IMG/VR virus record: IMGVR_UViG_3300035696_000014
Span: 63,192-127,191 of that record
Reading direction: 5' to 3' (one strand)
Source: a virus
Length of the DNA: 64,000 bases
Below, piece by piece: positions 37,739 through 47,523 of the stretch; the first letter of the stretch is position 1; each line of letters begins with the position of its first letter. The notes below the pieces were generated by a model that saw only the letters and a list, made by a program, of their open reading frames with translations, ran no database searches and had not been told where the DNA came from. A program made the translations under genes and the position numbers.

Positions 37739-37952
37739 CGACCATCACCATCTGGCCATCGTCTGGCACGTAGCCCGACCTTGGCACTCCGTCGTGCTTG
37801 TTGATCTGTAGCTTGAAACCCGCAGACTTCGCCGTGACGAAAGCCTGTGAGAGCATCATGCCGTTGACTTCCTGTGCAACCCGTATCGCAAGCGCATTCC
37901 CTTCGAGGCGGCTGCCGTTGCGGCGGCGACGCTCGTTCCTGTTGTCACTCAT
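37692..37952 (-). CDS. Small protein, likely paralog of 37123-37356, 86 aa
   Basis: AAGGA SD; VNGM-x(4)-A...INKHDG...VMVDVVSGFV pattern. Confidence 0.55.
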   Translation of the reverse strand: MSDNRNERRRRNGSRLEGNALAIRVAQEVNGMMLSQAFVTAKSAGFKLQINKHDGVPRSGYVPDDGQMVMVDVVSGFVSKSWAAGH

Positions 37953-37993
37953 CTGTTGTCCTTCCGCGCGGCCCACTCTGGGCCATGCGCGTG

Positions 37994-38366
<373 letters not shown>

Positions 38367-38458
38367 AAATCACTTTGGGAAGTGCTTGCGTCACTGGGTT
38401 GTCAAGGACCGCGGGGCGAACCCCGTGGACTTTAAGTACCACGGCGGGCGCTGGTTTT

Positions 38459-38881
38459 TCACCGTCGGGTGCCGCGAAACTTTCCCTGCGGAATCACTGG
38501 GGGCGGGGGACGACGGCGGGGGTAGCTGTCGGGCAGCACCTCTGTGTCTTCAGCTGACAGGACAACGGGCCGCTGGGGCTGGTCGGTTGCCTTCTCGACG
38601 AGGTCCTTGGCTTCTTGCTTGACGCCCTCGTTCTGGTCATTGAGCTGGTCGATCTTGCGTCGCTGGCCCTCGAGCCAGGAGTCCAGCGGGTCGATCATCC
38701 GGTTGGTCAGGCTGGCGACGAGGCACGCCTTGACCCTGTTGTAGAGCTGGCGGAGCTGTTCGTGGGTCTGCCCACGCGGGTCCTCTTCCATGAACTCCTT
38801 CATGGGTGAGTCGACCTCGAAGCGTTCGTAGAGCACGTTGTAGAGAGCCAGCAGCTCCTTTGCATTGATGTTGAGCTTCAT
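38459..38881 (-). CDS. Hypothetical protein, 140 aa
   Basis: ATG 38881 overlaps the upstream stop (ATGA). Confidence 0.7.
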   Translation of the reverse strand: MKLNINAKELLALYNVLYERFEVDSPMKEFMEEDPRGQTHEQLRQLYNRVKACLVASLTNRMIDPLDSWLEGQRRKIDQLNDQNEGVKQEAKDLVEKATDQPQRPVVLSAEDTEVLPDSYPRRRPPPPVIPQGKFRGTRR

Positions 38882-39087
38882 GTTTCTTCTTGGGAGCTCT
38901 GCGCTTTCGCAGCAGCGAGCACCCTCTCCTTCTGTTCTTCTTCCCGCTTCCGCCGCAACGCGGGGACCAGCAGGGTCTGACGCCGGATGGTGTAGTTGGT
39001 GGCCTTCTCGCGGGACCTCAGCGTCCGTTGCGTGCGTTTGGCCTGCAGCCTCTTGAGCTGCGCAGATGTCTTCGTCGGCTTTCTCAT
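38878..39087 (-). CDS. Small highly basic protein, 69 aa
   Basis: GAGGA SD; Arg/Lys-rich. Confidence 0.6.
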   Translation of the reverse strand: MRKPTKTSAQLKRLQAKRTQRTLRSREKATNYTIRRQTLLVPALRRKREEEQKERVLAAAKAQSSQEET

Positions 39088-39162
39088 GCGTCTTCCTCAT
39101 GTGAGAACGGGGCAGCAGCCTCTCGGCCTGCCCCGATCATACACCGTCTTGTTGGTCAGCTC

Positions 39163-39462
39163 TCAGAACGCGGGAGAGAGAGCCGGAACGCCCTGCTTGT
39201 CGTAGTGACGCTGGAGCGCGATGAACAGCGTCCGAGCCTCGCGGCCGCTGAGGCGCAGGGTCTCGCCGTAGCGAAAGCCCTGTTCACGACCGTAGCGGTC
39301 GAAGAAGACCTGGGTGCGCCCGCTGTTCGGGTCCGTCGACACCGCGATGTCGAACTCACCCCTGTCGCGACGCGACGTCTCGGTACGGATCTTGCCGGTG
39401 CGGTCGATGCGAGTGACGATGTGCGCGTTCTTGTTGGTGTCTGGGTTCCTTCGCTTGGCCAT
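39163..39462 (-). CDS. Hypothetical basic protein, 99 aa
   Basis: GGAG SD before ATG 39462. Confidence 0.7.
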   Translation of the reverse strand: MAKRRNPDTNKNAHIVTRIDRTGKIRTETSRRDRGEFDIAVSTDPNSGRTQVFFDRYGREQGFRYGETLRLSGREARTLFIALQRHYDKQGVPALSPAF

Positions 39463-39508
39463 GTGATTCTCCGGGATCTTTCGGCTTGGGATGTTTGCCG
39501 TCGAAACC

Positions 39509-39538
39509 AATCTACACAGCAACGCAGAATGTGTACAA
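39509..39538 (-). promoter_or_regulatory. Putative sigma70-like promoter
   Basis: TTGTAC-N18-TAGATT. Confidence 0.45.
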
Positions 39539-39547
39539 CCGCCCCGC

Positions 39548-40174
39548 TCAGTTCTTCCGCAGGTCCTTTGCAACGATCGTCAGGATGGCCTCAAGCGCCT
39601 TGAGGTCGTTGGAGGCGTGATACGCCAGGCCCGCTGCCTTCTTCAACATGTTCCGTGCCGTCCTGACCGAGGTCCGATCGCCCACTTGGCCCAGCACCTT
39701 GGGCATGTCACCCAGCAGCTCTTCACACTTCAGGACGTTCTGCGCGAAGGCCTTGAGGTCAGGCTTCTTCGCCGGATCAGCGAAAGGGTCGGGCTCTACT
39801 GAGCCAGCCTCCCTGATCATCTTCCGGAGCTGACCCACTGTCACCCGTACCGTTTCCATCTTGCGACGAGTCGGTCGGTCACCGCGTTCATCGGGCGGGC
39901 CCAGGGCTTCTGCGGGGTCTGGGTCCCAAGGCTCGTTGGCGTGCTTCTTGGCCATGTCCTGGACGTACTTGTTCCACGCGTCGATCTCTTCTTTGGGAGG
40001 CTCGAAGTTGGGCAAGTCCGTGGCGATGTAGGTCTCGCCTCCCTCGGGTGGGGAGTAGATCGGCTCGTCAGGCAGGGGCTTCTTGCCCCACGCCCGGGCG
40101 TCTCCTTGGGCACCCGCCACACCCAGCTTCATCTCCCGTAGGATCCTGCGTAGCTGTCCGACGGTGATCCGCAT
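39548..40174 (-). CDS. Protein with two copies of the R(I/V)TVGQLR(R/K)(I/M)(L/I)RE motif (candidate internal head protein)
   Basis: Directly downstream of the capsid gene; ATG 40174 lies 5 nt after TACCTA. Confidence 0.75.
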   Translation of the reverse strand: MRITVGQLRRILREMKLGVAGAQGDARAWGKKPLPDEPIYSPPEGGETYIATDLPNFEPPKEEIDAWNKYVQDMAKKHANEPWDPDPAEALGPPDERGDRPTRRKMETVRVTVGQLRKMIREAGSVEPDPFADPAKKPDLKAFAQNVLKCEELLGDMPKVLGQVGDRTSVRTARNMLKKAAGLAYHASNDLKALEAILTIVAKDLRKN

Positions 40175-40263
40175 GGTCATAGGTATGGCTCCCGTATGGC
40201 TGTGTTGGCCCACACTCAGGGGCCGGTGAATTGTCTGGGGGCGGCTCCAGAGCCCTTAAACAG

Positions 40264-40288
40264 CGAAGGCCCGCTGCTGCGGGCCCTC
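40264..40288 (-). terminator. Putative terminator hairpin after major capsid gene
   Basis: GAGGGCCCGC-AGCA-GCGGGCCTTC followed by GCTGTTT. Confidence 0.5.
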
Positions 40289-40317
40289 AAGCTGTTTGCT
40301 CTGTCAGAGCCTCGACA

Positions 40318-42240
40318 TCAGATGATGTTGAGGTCCATGACCGTGACGGTGCCGTAGAAGTCGCTGCGGACGACCTTCTTGCCGTACCGGGTCATCACGC
40401 CCTTACGGGGTGTGAAGTCTTCCGGTGCGAAGATCGTCGGGGTGACGATCAGGGGCACGTAGGGGCTGTACACGTAGCCGGTCTCGAGGTAGCTGCCGCC
40501 CTTGTAGCCGACGAGGATCCGGTTCCGGGGGAAGTACGGGTCCTTGTAGACCGTGAAGCGGTTGCTCAGGGTACCGATCGCCTCTGCACCGATGGTGAAG
40601 GGCGAGCCGACCTGGCCCTCGCCGTCGATCGAGAACTTCGGCTTGTAGAGCACGGAGGCCTCGAGGATGGTGGCGACGTCCGGGCTGGTGACCATGAAGT
40701 TGGCCGAGCCGCGGAGGGTCTTGCGGTGGATCGTGTTGGCGACGTCGATGATGGTCTCGACCAGGGTCTCGTACCACTCACGGACGGTGCCGGTGAACTG
40801 CGGACCGATGCTCAGCGACGTGTTGAGCGTCACCGGCTGGCCAGTCAGCTTGTTGACGAACTTGCCGGGAGCGCGGCTCCAGTACATGTTCGCACCGTTG
40901 GCGTTCGTGACCAGGTCGTTCAGGATCTCGCGGTCGATCTCCAGGGCGATCTGCTCCGACAGGATGCTCGTCAGCTCGACCTCGGCGTCCATCGAGTGGT
41001 ACGCGTTGAGGTCCTGTGCGAGCTCGGGCGACCAGCGAGCACGGAGCTTGCGGGTCGTTGCCGTGATCGAGATGGACTCGATCTTGATGTCGATCTCGGG
41101 GATCGCCGGGGTCGGGTTGACGTTGAAGTCCGACTCGAAGGACGGAATCGTCAGCGTTGCACCCGTCTGGGACGAGTCGATCTCGAAGGTGTCGGCGATG
41201 GCCATCGACATGAACATGCCGGCGCCTGCCGTGGGAGCCGAGGCGGACGGGGTCACCTTGAGGACCAGCTGGACGTGCGTGCCGTTCAGCGGTGCCGGGG
41301 TGAAGGAGCCGTTCGTGCCGGTGCCCGGGACGAAGTTGCCACGCTTGTTGAGGCGGCGGAGGTTGTAGACTCCGTTGCCGCTCTGGTAGTTCTGGCCCCA
41401 GACCACCGCGCCGTTCGTCGAGAGGAAGGAGAACAGAGCGATCTGCTCGACAGCGAGGAAGTCGCCGTTCGGGATCGCAGCCTGGATGTCGGAGACCGCC
41501 AGGTGCATGAACTGGATCCACTCGAGACCCTGCTGCAGGTCCGTCTCCAGCTGCGGGTCGAAGTTCAGCAGGCGACCGTTGGTGCCCGAGAAGTCCGAGT
41601 CAGCCTCGACGAATGCGCCGGGGATGAAGCCGCCGTTCGGGCCGTTGAAGGCACCGACACCGGCGTTGCCGAGGGAGCTCGACACCGACCCCGAGGCGTG
41701 GACCTTGGTGTAGCCGATGTTGACGAGGTCGTAGAAACCACCCGTCGCGAGCGATCCTGACTGGATGCCCTTGCCCGTCGGGTTGTTGTAGATCGACTGA
41801 CCCTGACCGTAGGTTGCCTCGGTCGTACCGCCGCCGTCGTTGAGCTGCAGGCCGGACTCACCACCGACGTTGCTGCCGTAGGTGTAGTCCAGGTAGAAGA
41901 TCAGGCCGGAGGGCAGAGACATCGGCTGGATGGAGACCAGCTCGTTCGCGACCAGGCCACCGAAGACTCGGCGGACGATCGGGAACGCGATGTTCGTGAA
42001 GCCCTGGATCTGACCAGAGGTGGAAACGTTGGCGCCGCCGGTGGACAGCGAGTTGCCGACCTCCTTCAGGACCTGAGCTGCCTGGTTCTCCAGGAGCTGT
42101 GCCATCGTCTCGCGCTTGTGGCCATCGAGGCCGCGAAGCAGGCCGGTGCGGCTCCACTTCTCGACCAGGCGGGCACGCTCGGCGCCGACGTGGCGCTCGC
42201 GGATACCTGCCGCCAGCTGTTCCATTGTGAAGAACTTCAT
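40318..42240 (-). CDS. Major capsid protein (T4 gp23-like), 640 aa
   Basis: FPIVRRVF, VSIQPMSLPSGLIFYL, TRKLRARWSPELAQDL, EIDREI, YSPYVPL, GVMTRYG. Confidence 0.96.
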   Translation of the reverse strand: MKFFTMEQLAAGIRERHVGAERARLVEKWSRTGLLRGLDGHKRETMAQLLENQAAQVLKEVGNSLSTGGANVSTSGQIQGFTNIAFPIVRRVFGGLVANELVSIQPMSLPSGLIFYLDYTYGSNVGGESGLQLNDGGGTTEATYGQGQSIYNNPTGKGIQSGSLATGGFYDLVNIGYTKVHASGSVSSSLGNAGVGAFNGPNGGFIPGAFVEADSDFSGTNGRLLNFDPQLETDLQQGLEWIQFMHLAVSDIQAAIPNGDFLAVEQIALFSFLSTNGAVVWGQNYQSGNGVYNLRRLNKRGNFVPGTGTNGSFTPAPLNGTHVQLVLKVTPSASAPTAGAGMFMSMAIADTFEIDSSQTGATLTIPSFESDFNVNPTPAIPEIDIKIESISITATTRKLRARWSPELAQDLNAYHSMDAEVELTSILSEQIALEIDREILNDLVTNANGANMYWSRAPGKFVNKLTGQPVTLNTSLSIGPQFTGTVREWYETLVETIIDVANTIHRKTLRGSANFMVTSPDVATILEASVLYKPKFSIDGEGQVGSPFTIGAEAIGTLSNRFTVYKDPYFPRNRILVGYKGGSYLETGYVYSPYVPLIVTPTIFAPEDFTPRKGVMTRYGKKVVRSDFYGTVTVMDLNII

Positions 42241-42291
42241 GTTCGTTCTCTCCGTATCGTAAGTAGTTGGTTCAGTCTGCGTTGTCCAGCA

Positions 42292-44433
42292 TCACCGCTT
42301 GGAGATGCCCGCGAGCTGCGCCCACCGCTCAACATCCGCGCCCTCATTGAGGGTCTGGGTCGAGGCGGGGCGAGTGGCCCTGGAGGCTGAGCCGAGGACC
42401 CTGCGGTCCGCGCCTTCCTTCAGAGATGCTGGCTGCGACAGAGTCCGGATCAGGCTCTGGTAGACCAGCTTCGCTTCACGGACGGTCTGTGCCTCATCCA
42501 GCTGCTTGATGACCTGCGCCTTCTGCTTGGCGGAAAGGCCCTCTGCCTGGAGGAGCTTGTTCGTGAAGACCAGCTTCGCGTTGAGCAGATTCGTCTCTGC
42601 CAACTTCTTGCGGAGGGTTGAGTCGGCCTGTCCATCCGCGGGCCGTGCAGCACCGCTATTCGAGCGGGCTTCCTGCAGCTTCTTGGCGGCGTCCGCCTTG
42701 ATCTGCGTGAGCTTCTTGGTGCGGGCCAGCGACTCGTTGAAGCGCTGTGCCACGACTGCGTACTCCTTCTTCACCTCGGCGAGGCGCTTGCCGTTGCCGG
42801 CAGACTTCGCCCGAGCTGCTTCCTTCTTCAGGGCAGCGGCGCGAGACTGAGCACGCTCCTGCAGCTTCTTCTCGAAGCCCAGGCGCTTGACTGCCTCGCC
42901 GTGGCGGGCAGCCGGGTTGTTCTTGTCCTTCGACGGGACCGAAGTGGCCGAGCCACCGAAGTCATCGCGGGTCCGCTCGTCGCCGATCTGATCCAGCGCA
43001 GCTTCCTGCATCGCCATGTCCTTCGTCTTCAGGCCGGCAGCGGTGCCCTGGTCCATCTGGTCCTGGGACTCGTCGAGATCGTCGTCCTGGGACTCGTCCA
43101 GGTCATCGTCCTGCTGCTCATCCATCTGGTCCTGGGACTCGTCGAGGTCCTCATCGGCCTCGCCCAGCGGCCGGGCCGCCTTGGCAGGGGACAGGTCAGC
43201 GATGTCCTGGTCCTGGGGGTCGCCCTGGGCCTTGCCATCACCGAAGTCATCCAAGATGTTCGCACCGCCAGGGCCATCGCCCCATGCAGCCGGCTTGGTT
43301 TCCTCACGCAGCGAGCGCATCCGAGCGATCTCGCGACGGAGCATCTTCTCATCGATTTCGACGATCGTGTCGTCGCTTAGCTCGCGGCTTTCCATCTGTG
43401 ACTCCTGGTCCTGCACTTGATCTCCACCCATGTCGAGGTCGTCCATGCCCTGTCCGCCCTGGTCGCCCATCTGGTCGCCCATGCCCTCAAGGCCTTCCTC
43501 ATCTTCCTCACCGGTGATGAGGTCCACTCCGACCTGGTCGAGCTGATCTTCGACTTCATCGGGCAAACCGGTCAGCTTCAGCGTGAGATCCGCTTCGTTG
43601 ACCCGACCTTTTTGCGTCTTCTGCGACATCGTGGTTGACTCCTGGAGCTTTGTGAGTGCCTTGAAGCTATTTTCGAGCGTGGACTCGTATGAGCTCTTCA
43701 TCGCAGGGTCGGTTACCGATTCCTGCACGTAGTCATACATATCCTCCACACGAGAAATCATCAGGGCGATGTGCTTGCCGTAGGAGGCTGTGGCCTTGAC
43801 CGCCTCCCCTGCATCGCGGAACTGCTTCACGCGCTTCACCACCTCACCCAACATGGCTTTCATGTCCTTGGGAGGGATGGCTTTCGCGTTCTTTCGGGCG
43901 GCGCTGAGGACCGGCTTGAGGGAGTCAAGCGACTCCATGCTGATCTCGTACTCAACGTCATCTGCCTTCGGCGCCGGCGCTCCGAACATCGGGGGCGGCA
44001 CTGCAGGACCGGGTGCGTTGGTAGGCATCGCCTCGTCTGCGGCGGGCCTGCCTGAGCACAGTGCGTCCAGGTCGATCGTAATCTTGCCTTCTGCATCTGG
44101 CGGAGAGATGCCGCTAGCAGGCATGTCACCAGCCGGACCCGCGGCGCTCATTGAGCCCGCGGGAACAGGAGCAGGAGCGCCAAGAGCGCTGGGCTCTTCG
44201 TCAGTCAGCAGCTCGCCTTCAGGAGCGGGCGCTCCCGGTTCAGCGGGTGCTTCGTCGTCACCCATCATGTCAGCGTCGGCCTCTTCGTCGACCTCTTGAA
44301 GGATGGCCTTGTCGATGAAAGCACGCAGGCGGGGCGTGACAGCCTCAGTCAGGGCACGGAGAGCATTCTCTTCTGCGACCTTCTTGATCTGCTTGACGTC
44401 CGCTAGCGCCTCTTCGAACAGCTGCTTGGGCAT
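42292..44433 (-). CDS. Prohead core/scaffold protein, 713 aa
   Basis: Acidic low-complexity protein upstream of the capsid gene; C-terminal NLLNAKL...REAKLVY...RWAQLAGI; many L-x-E sites. Confidence 0.8.
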   Translation of the reverse strand: MPKQLFEEALADVKQIKKVAEENALRALTEAVTPRLRAFIDKAILQEVDEEADADMMGDDEAPAEPGAPAPEGELLTDEEPSALGAPAPVPAGSMSAAGPAGDMPASGISPPDAEGKITIDLDALCSGRPAADEAMPTNAPGPAVPPPMFGAPAPKADDVEYEISMESLDSLKPVLSAARKNAKAIPPKDMKAMLGEVVKRVKQFRDAGEAVKATASYGKHIALMISRVEDMYDYVQESVTDPAMKSSYESTLENSFKALTKLQESTTMSQKTQKGRVNEADLTLKLTGLPDEVEDQLDQVGVDLITGEEDEEGLEGMGDQMGDQGGQGMDDLDMGGDQVQDQESQMESRELSDDTIVEIDEKMLRREIARMRSLREETKPAAWGDGPGGANILDDFGDGKAQGDPQDQDIADLSPAKAARPLGEADEDLDESQDQMDEQQDDDLDESQDDDLDESQDQMDQGTAAGLKTKDMAMQEAALDQIGDERTRDDFGGSATSVPSKDKNNPAARHGEAVKRLGFEKKLQERAQSRAAALKKEAARAKSAGNGKRLAEVKKEYAVVAQRFNESLARTKKLTQIKADAAKKLQEARSNSGAARPADGQADSTLRKKLAETNLLNAKLVFTNKLLQAEGLSAKQKAQVIKQLDEAQTVREAKLVYQSLIRTLSQPASLKEGADRRVLGSASRATRPASTQTLNEGADVERWAQLAGISKR

Positions 44434-44492
44434 GTCTTCTCCAGGAACCTGAGTCTTAACTATCCGTCACCCACCCAAGGTGAGGAACGGCC

Positions 44493-45035
44493 TCACTCAG
44501 GAGCGCCAGAGCTGCCAGGAGTCTGAGGCTGACCGAGCGCGTTGTTGCCGTAGATCGCCGGGCCGTTCTTGGACGGATCGGCGAGATCCTGATCGGACGG
44601 GTCGATGTCAGTCGACTCTGCCTGGATCTGCGGGATGGTGCCGGTCGGGTCACCCGTCTTGTCAGTGCCCTGGGTGTGACCAGGTCCAGCCGTCGGGCTG
44701 GTGACGTCGGGGATGTAACCGTTGGCCGGGTCGCCGGGATTGACCCACTTGACCTTGCTGGTGTCAGGTGAGCCACCGAACGTCAGGTCGACGCCGGATG
44801 GGAACATGCCCAGATCGCCTGCCTGGATGCCGCCCTTGGGCTGGATGCCTCCGCCGTTGGGATCTGCACCCGGGTTGGATGTTGCGACAGCGAGGACCGC
44901 TGCCTGTGCCTTCGTCTCGTCGCCGTTGGACAGCATCGTTGCGAAGGGGCTGTTGGGGAAAAGCGTCGCCAAAAGCGCGTGCGCCGGGTTGGCGCTGCCC
45001 CCAACGTAAGTCGTGTACCTGCCGAGCTGGCCCAT
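44493..45035 (-). CDS. Gly/Pro/Asp-rich head-module protein, 180 aa
   Basis: ORF track; located in the head module. Confidence 0.7.
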   Translation of the reverse strand: MGQLGRYTTYVGGSANPAHALLATLFPNSPFATMLSNGDETKAQAAVLAVATSNPGADPNGGGIQPKGGIQAGDLGMFPSGVDLTFGGSPDTSKVKWVNPGDPANGYIPDVTSPTAGPGHTQGTDKTGDPTGTIPQIQAESTDIDPSDQDLADPSKNGPAIYGNNALGQPQTPGSSGAPE

Positions 45036-45053
45036 GTGTTACCCCTTCACCCT

Positions 45054-45392
45054 TCAGATCTTGTTGACCAAGAACGCAGCAGCGCGCTTCTTGGCTTCCT
45101 GGACCCGAGCGAGGCGCCGGGTGAGGCGGATCTCCTCGACCTTGAGTGCCTTGAGGTAGTCGACGTGCTTGTCGAAGTTCTCGCTCATGGACTTGTCACC
45201 GGTGGCAGCCTTCTGCCAGTCGACGTGCTTCTCGTGAGCCTTGTCGGTCCCGTACTCGTCGGCATCGACTTCTTCTGTGTCCTTCTCACGCTTCTCGACT
45301 GCCTCTGCGTCGCCGAAGCCCTTCTTGACTTCGACTTCGATGAGGCGCCTGAGCATCTTGGGCGTCAGTTGGACTGGCTTGTTCGTCTTCAT
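45054..45392 (-). CDS. Small head-module protein with VQLTPKMLRRLIE motif, 112 aa
   Basis: GAGGA SD; TATTTA at 45423-45428. Confidence 0.75.
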   Translation of the reverse strand: MKTNKPVQLTPKMLRRLIEVEVKKGFGDAEAVEKREKDTEEVDADEYGTDKAHEKHVDWQKAATGDKSMSENFDKHVDYLKALKVEEIRLTRRLARVQEAKKRAAAFLVNKI

Positions 45393-45443
45393 CGGTGCAT
45401 CCTCTCCGTGGTTTGCTAACGCTAAATATGCAGACCACCGAGA

Positions 45444-45947
45444 TTACGCCGGCTTCTTGTCCGCGAAGGCCAGGTCAGCCCACCTGGATGCAGTTTCCTC
45501 TCCAAAGACCTCTTCTGGCCGTCCGTTGATCTGCTCGACCTGTGGGATGCCCGGGCGTGAACCCGAGGACGCTCCCTCTTCGAGGGCCGCGGATCCCAGC
45601 TTCGAATCGCTCGACAGCTTCTGTAGGGTCGTCGCCGCGGTGTCAGCCAGGATCGCTTGCATGATCGGGTTGCCGCCGGCGTTGGCCCGGATCTGCTCCT
45701 TCAACGCTGGGTTCTTGTGGATGGGAGTGTCCAGGTTGGGGTCAAACTCTGGACGAGTGCGTCCGTTGCCGTTCAACCGGAGCTTGCCGTTGTTGGCCTT
45801 GCCTTCACGCACTGAGCCCTGGATTGGCATGCGACCAGGCGGGAGGGGGCGGTGTGCCGCTGCTTGGACGTTGCCCAAGCCCTCGCTGAGGATCTCCACG
45901 AGCAGGTCCTTGACCAGCGCTTTCAGTTCTCCACGAGTCAGCGGCAT
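45444..45947 (-). CDS. Head-module protein with MPLTRGELKALVK...ILSE N-terminus, 167 aa
   Basis: ORF track; C-terminal RWADLAF resembles the scaffold end RWAQLAG. Confidence 0.75.
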   Translation of the reverse strand: MPLTRGELKALVKDLLVEILSEGLGNVQAAAHRPLPPGRMPIQGSVREGKANNGKLRLNGNGRTRPEFDPNLDTPIHKNPALKEQIRANAGGNPIMQAILADTAATTLQKLSSDSKLGSAALEEGASSGSRPGIPQVEQINGRPEEVFGEETASRWADLAFADKKPA

Positions 45948-45951
45948 CTGT

Positions 45952-46446
45952 TCACCCTCTCTTACGTAGGCTCTTCAACGCCAGCTGCCTCTGCATCGGT
46001 CCCACCCGGTCCAGCATCAGGATGCCATCAAGGTGATCGATCTCGTGTTGCACGATCCTTGCAGCCCAGTCGACGAAGGCTTCCTTGTGCGGCTTCCCTT
46101 CGATGTCAAAGTACTCTACGGTGACCCAGGCATGCCGGCCCACCTTCAGCTTGACGCCCGGAATCGACAAGCAACCTTCTTCACCCGTCACCTGGTTGGG
46201 CGACGTCTCGATGATCTGTGGGTTGACGAGCACACGCATTGCATTGCCGTCCTTGCCCGCTGTTGGGTCCATCACCAGGACCCGCGTCAGAGCGCCGACC
46301 TGAGGAGCCGCGAGGCCGACTCCGTCACCGGAGTACATCACCACCGCCATCTCTTCGGCAAGGTTCTTCAGCAACGCGTCAAAGCGCGTGACAGGGGCAA
46401 CGCCCCACTTCAGGTCCTTGCTCGGGTACTCGACGATGCTCAGCAC
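45952..46446 (-). CDS. def: Peptide deformylase
   Basis: GVGLAAPQVG, EGCLS and QHEIDH motifs intact. Confidence 0.96.
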   Translation of the reverse strand: MLSIVEYPSKDLKWGVAPVTRFDALLKNLAEEMAVVMYSGDGVGLAAPQVGALTRVLVMDPTAGKDGNAMRVLVNPQIIETSPNQVTGEEGCLSIPGVKLKVGRHAWVTVEYFDIEGKPHKEAFVDWAARIVQHEIDHLDGILMLDRVGPMQRQLALKSLRKRG

Positions 46447-46449
46447 GGA

Positions 46450-46860
46450 TCACCCAACCCCGGGCCAGTTGGTGCCGTCTGCGGCCGAACCAGTCAAGAG
46501 CGGGAAGTTCTGGACTGGGATCGTCGTCAGCCCGACGCCGAGGGAGTAGTTGGCAGTGCCACCGACACCCTGGAGGAAGACAGCGCAGCACCTCCACTCC
46601 AGGTACAACGACTGGCCTGGCAGGATGGTGACGACGTTCTGGGTCGTCGACTTCATGCCGTTGTACGTCACGCCCATCTGCAGGTTGTTGCCACCTGTGC
46701 CGTTGAGGTTGGTGACGTGGATGAACCGTGTCACCATTGCGAATGGGATCTTGACCGGGTTGGGAGACGCTGGAGCGACAGAGGACGTGAGCCACGGGAG
46801 ACCCGAGGACTGGAACTCTGCTGCGTAGCCTGCGCCGCCTGATGGGTTACCGAGAGGCAT
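46450..46860 (-). CDS. Beta-rich protein, 136 aa, possible capsid decoration
   Basis: ORF track; jelly-roll-like strand pattern. Confidence 0.65.
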   Translation of the reverse strand: MPLGNPSGGAGYAAEFQSSGLPWLTSSVAPASPNPVKIPFAMVTRFIHVTNLNGTGGNNLQMGVTYNGMKSTTQNVVTILPGQSLYLEWRCCAVFLQGVGGTANYSLGVGLTTIPVQNFPLLTGSAADGTNWPGVG

Positions 46861-46863
46861 GTG

Positions 46864-47523
46864 TCACCTTACCTTGCATGAGAGGATCTCGTTGAGGACC
46901 CGGTCGATACGGTCGCTGCGCTTGAAGACCTCACGCAGCTCTTCCTCATCGATCATCTTGCCTTCTGGGATCATGAAAGCACCGGGCGTCGACGGCTCGC
47001 TGACCATGTCCCAGCAGATCAGTTGGAAGTCGTCCTGCACCACATAGTACTCTCCCTGCTTCCGGGTGGAGCCAACGCCGCGGCTGGAGATGCCAAGCTT
47101 GACGCCCGACTCCACCAGCCCCGCCAGGATGGCTCCTGAGGGCACTTTGCCGAGCACTTCGATGGTTCCCATCACCGCGCCAGAGTTGTCCATGTAGGCC
47201 TCCCTGACAACGTGTGAGACGTTCTTCAGGTTGACGACGCTGGAGTCTGGGTGGTCGAGCTCACCGACTGCTCGGTTCTCGATGATGAACTTTTGGTAGT
47301 TGCGGACCTCACGGTCAAGCACCGCCCGCGGGTAGATTCGCCCGTTCTGGTTCAGGGTGTCAGCCTTCTGCAGAATGCCCTTCATCAGGATCTTGGCGGG
47401 CTGCGGGACCTCGACGGTGCGACCATCGGCCTCCTTGATGATCTTGGGCGGCTGTTCGACCTTCTCGACCTTGTAGTCGAAGACGTCGTAGTTCTCGAGT
47501 CGCCTCAGCTTGGTGTCAGTCAT
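46864..47523 (-). CDS. Prohead maturation protease (T4 gp21-like)
   Basis: NQNGRIYP, GELDHP, VSH, GISSRGVGS, WDMVSEPSTPGA. Confidence 0.95.
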   Translation of the reverse strand: MTDTKLRRLENYDVFDYKVEKVEQPPKIIKEADGRTVEVPQPAKILMKGILQKADTLNQNGRIYPRAVLDREVRNYQKFIIENRAVGELDHPDSSVVNLKNVSHVVREAYMDNSGAVMGTIEVLGKVPSGAILAGLVESGVKLGISSRGVGSTRKQGEYYVVQDDFQLICWDMVSEPSTPGAFMIPEGKMIDEEELREVFKRSDRIDRVLNEILSCKVR

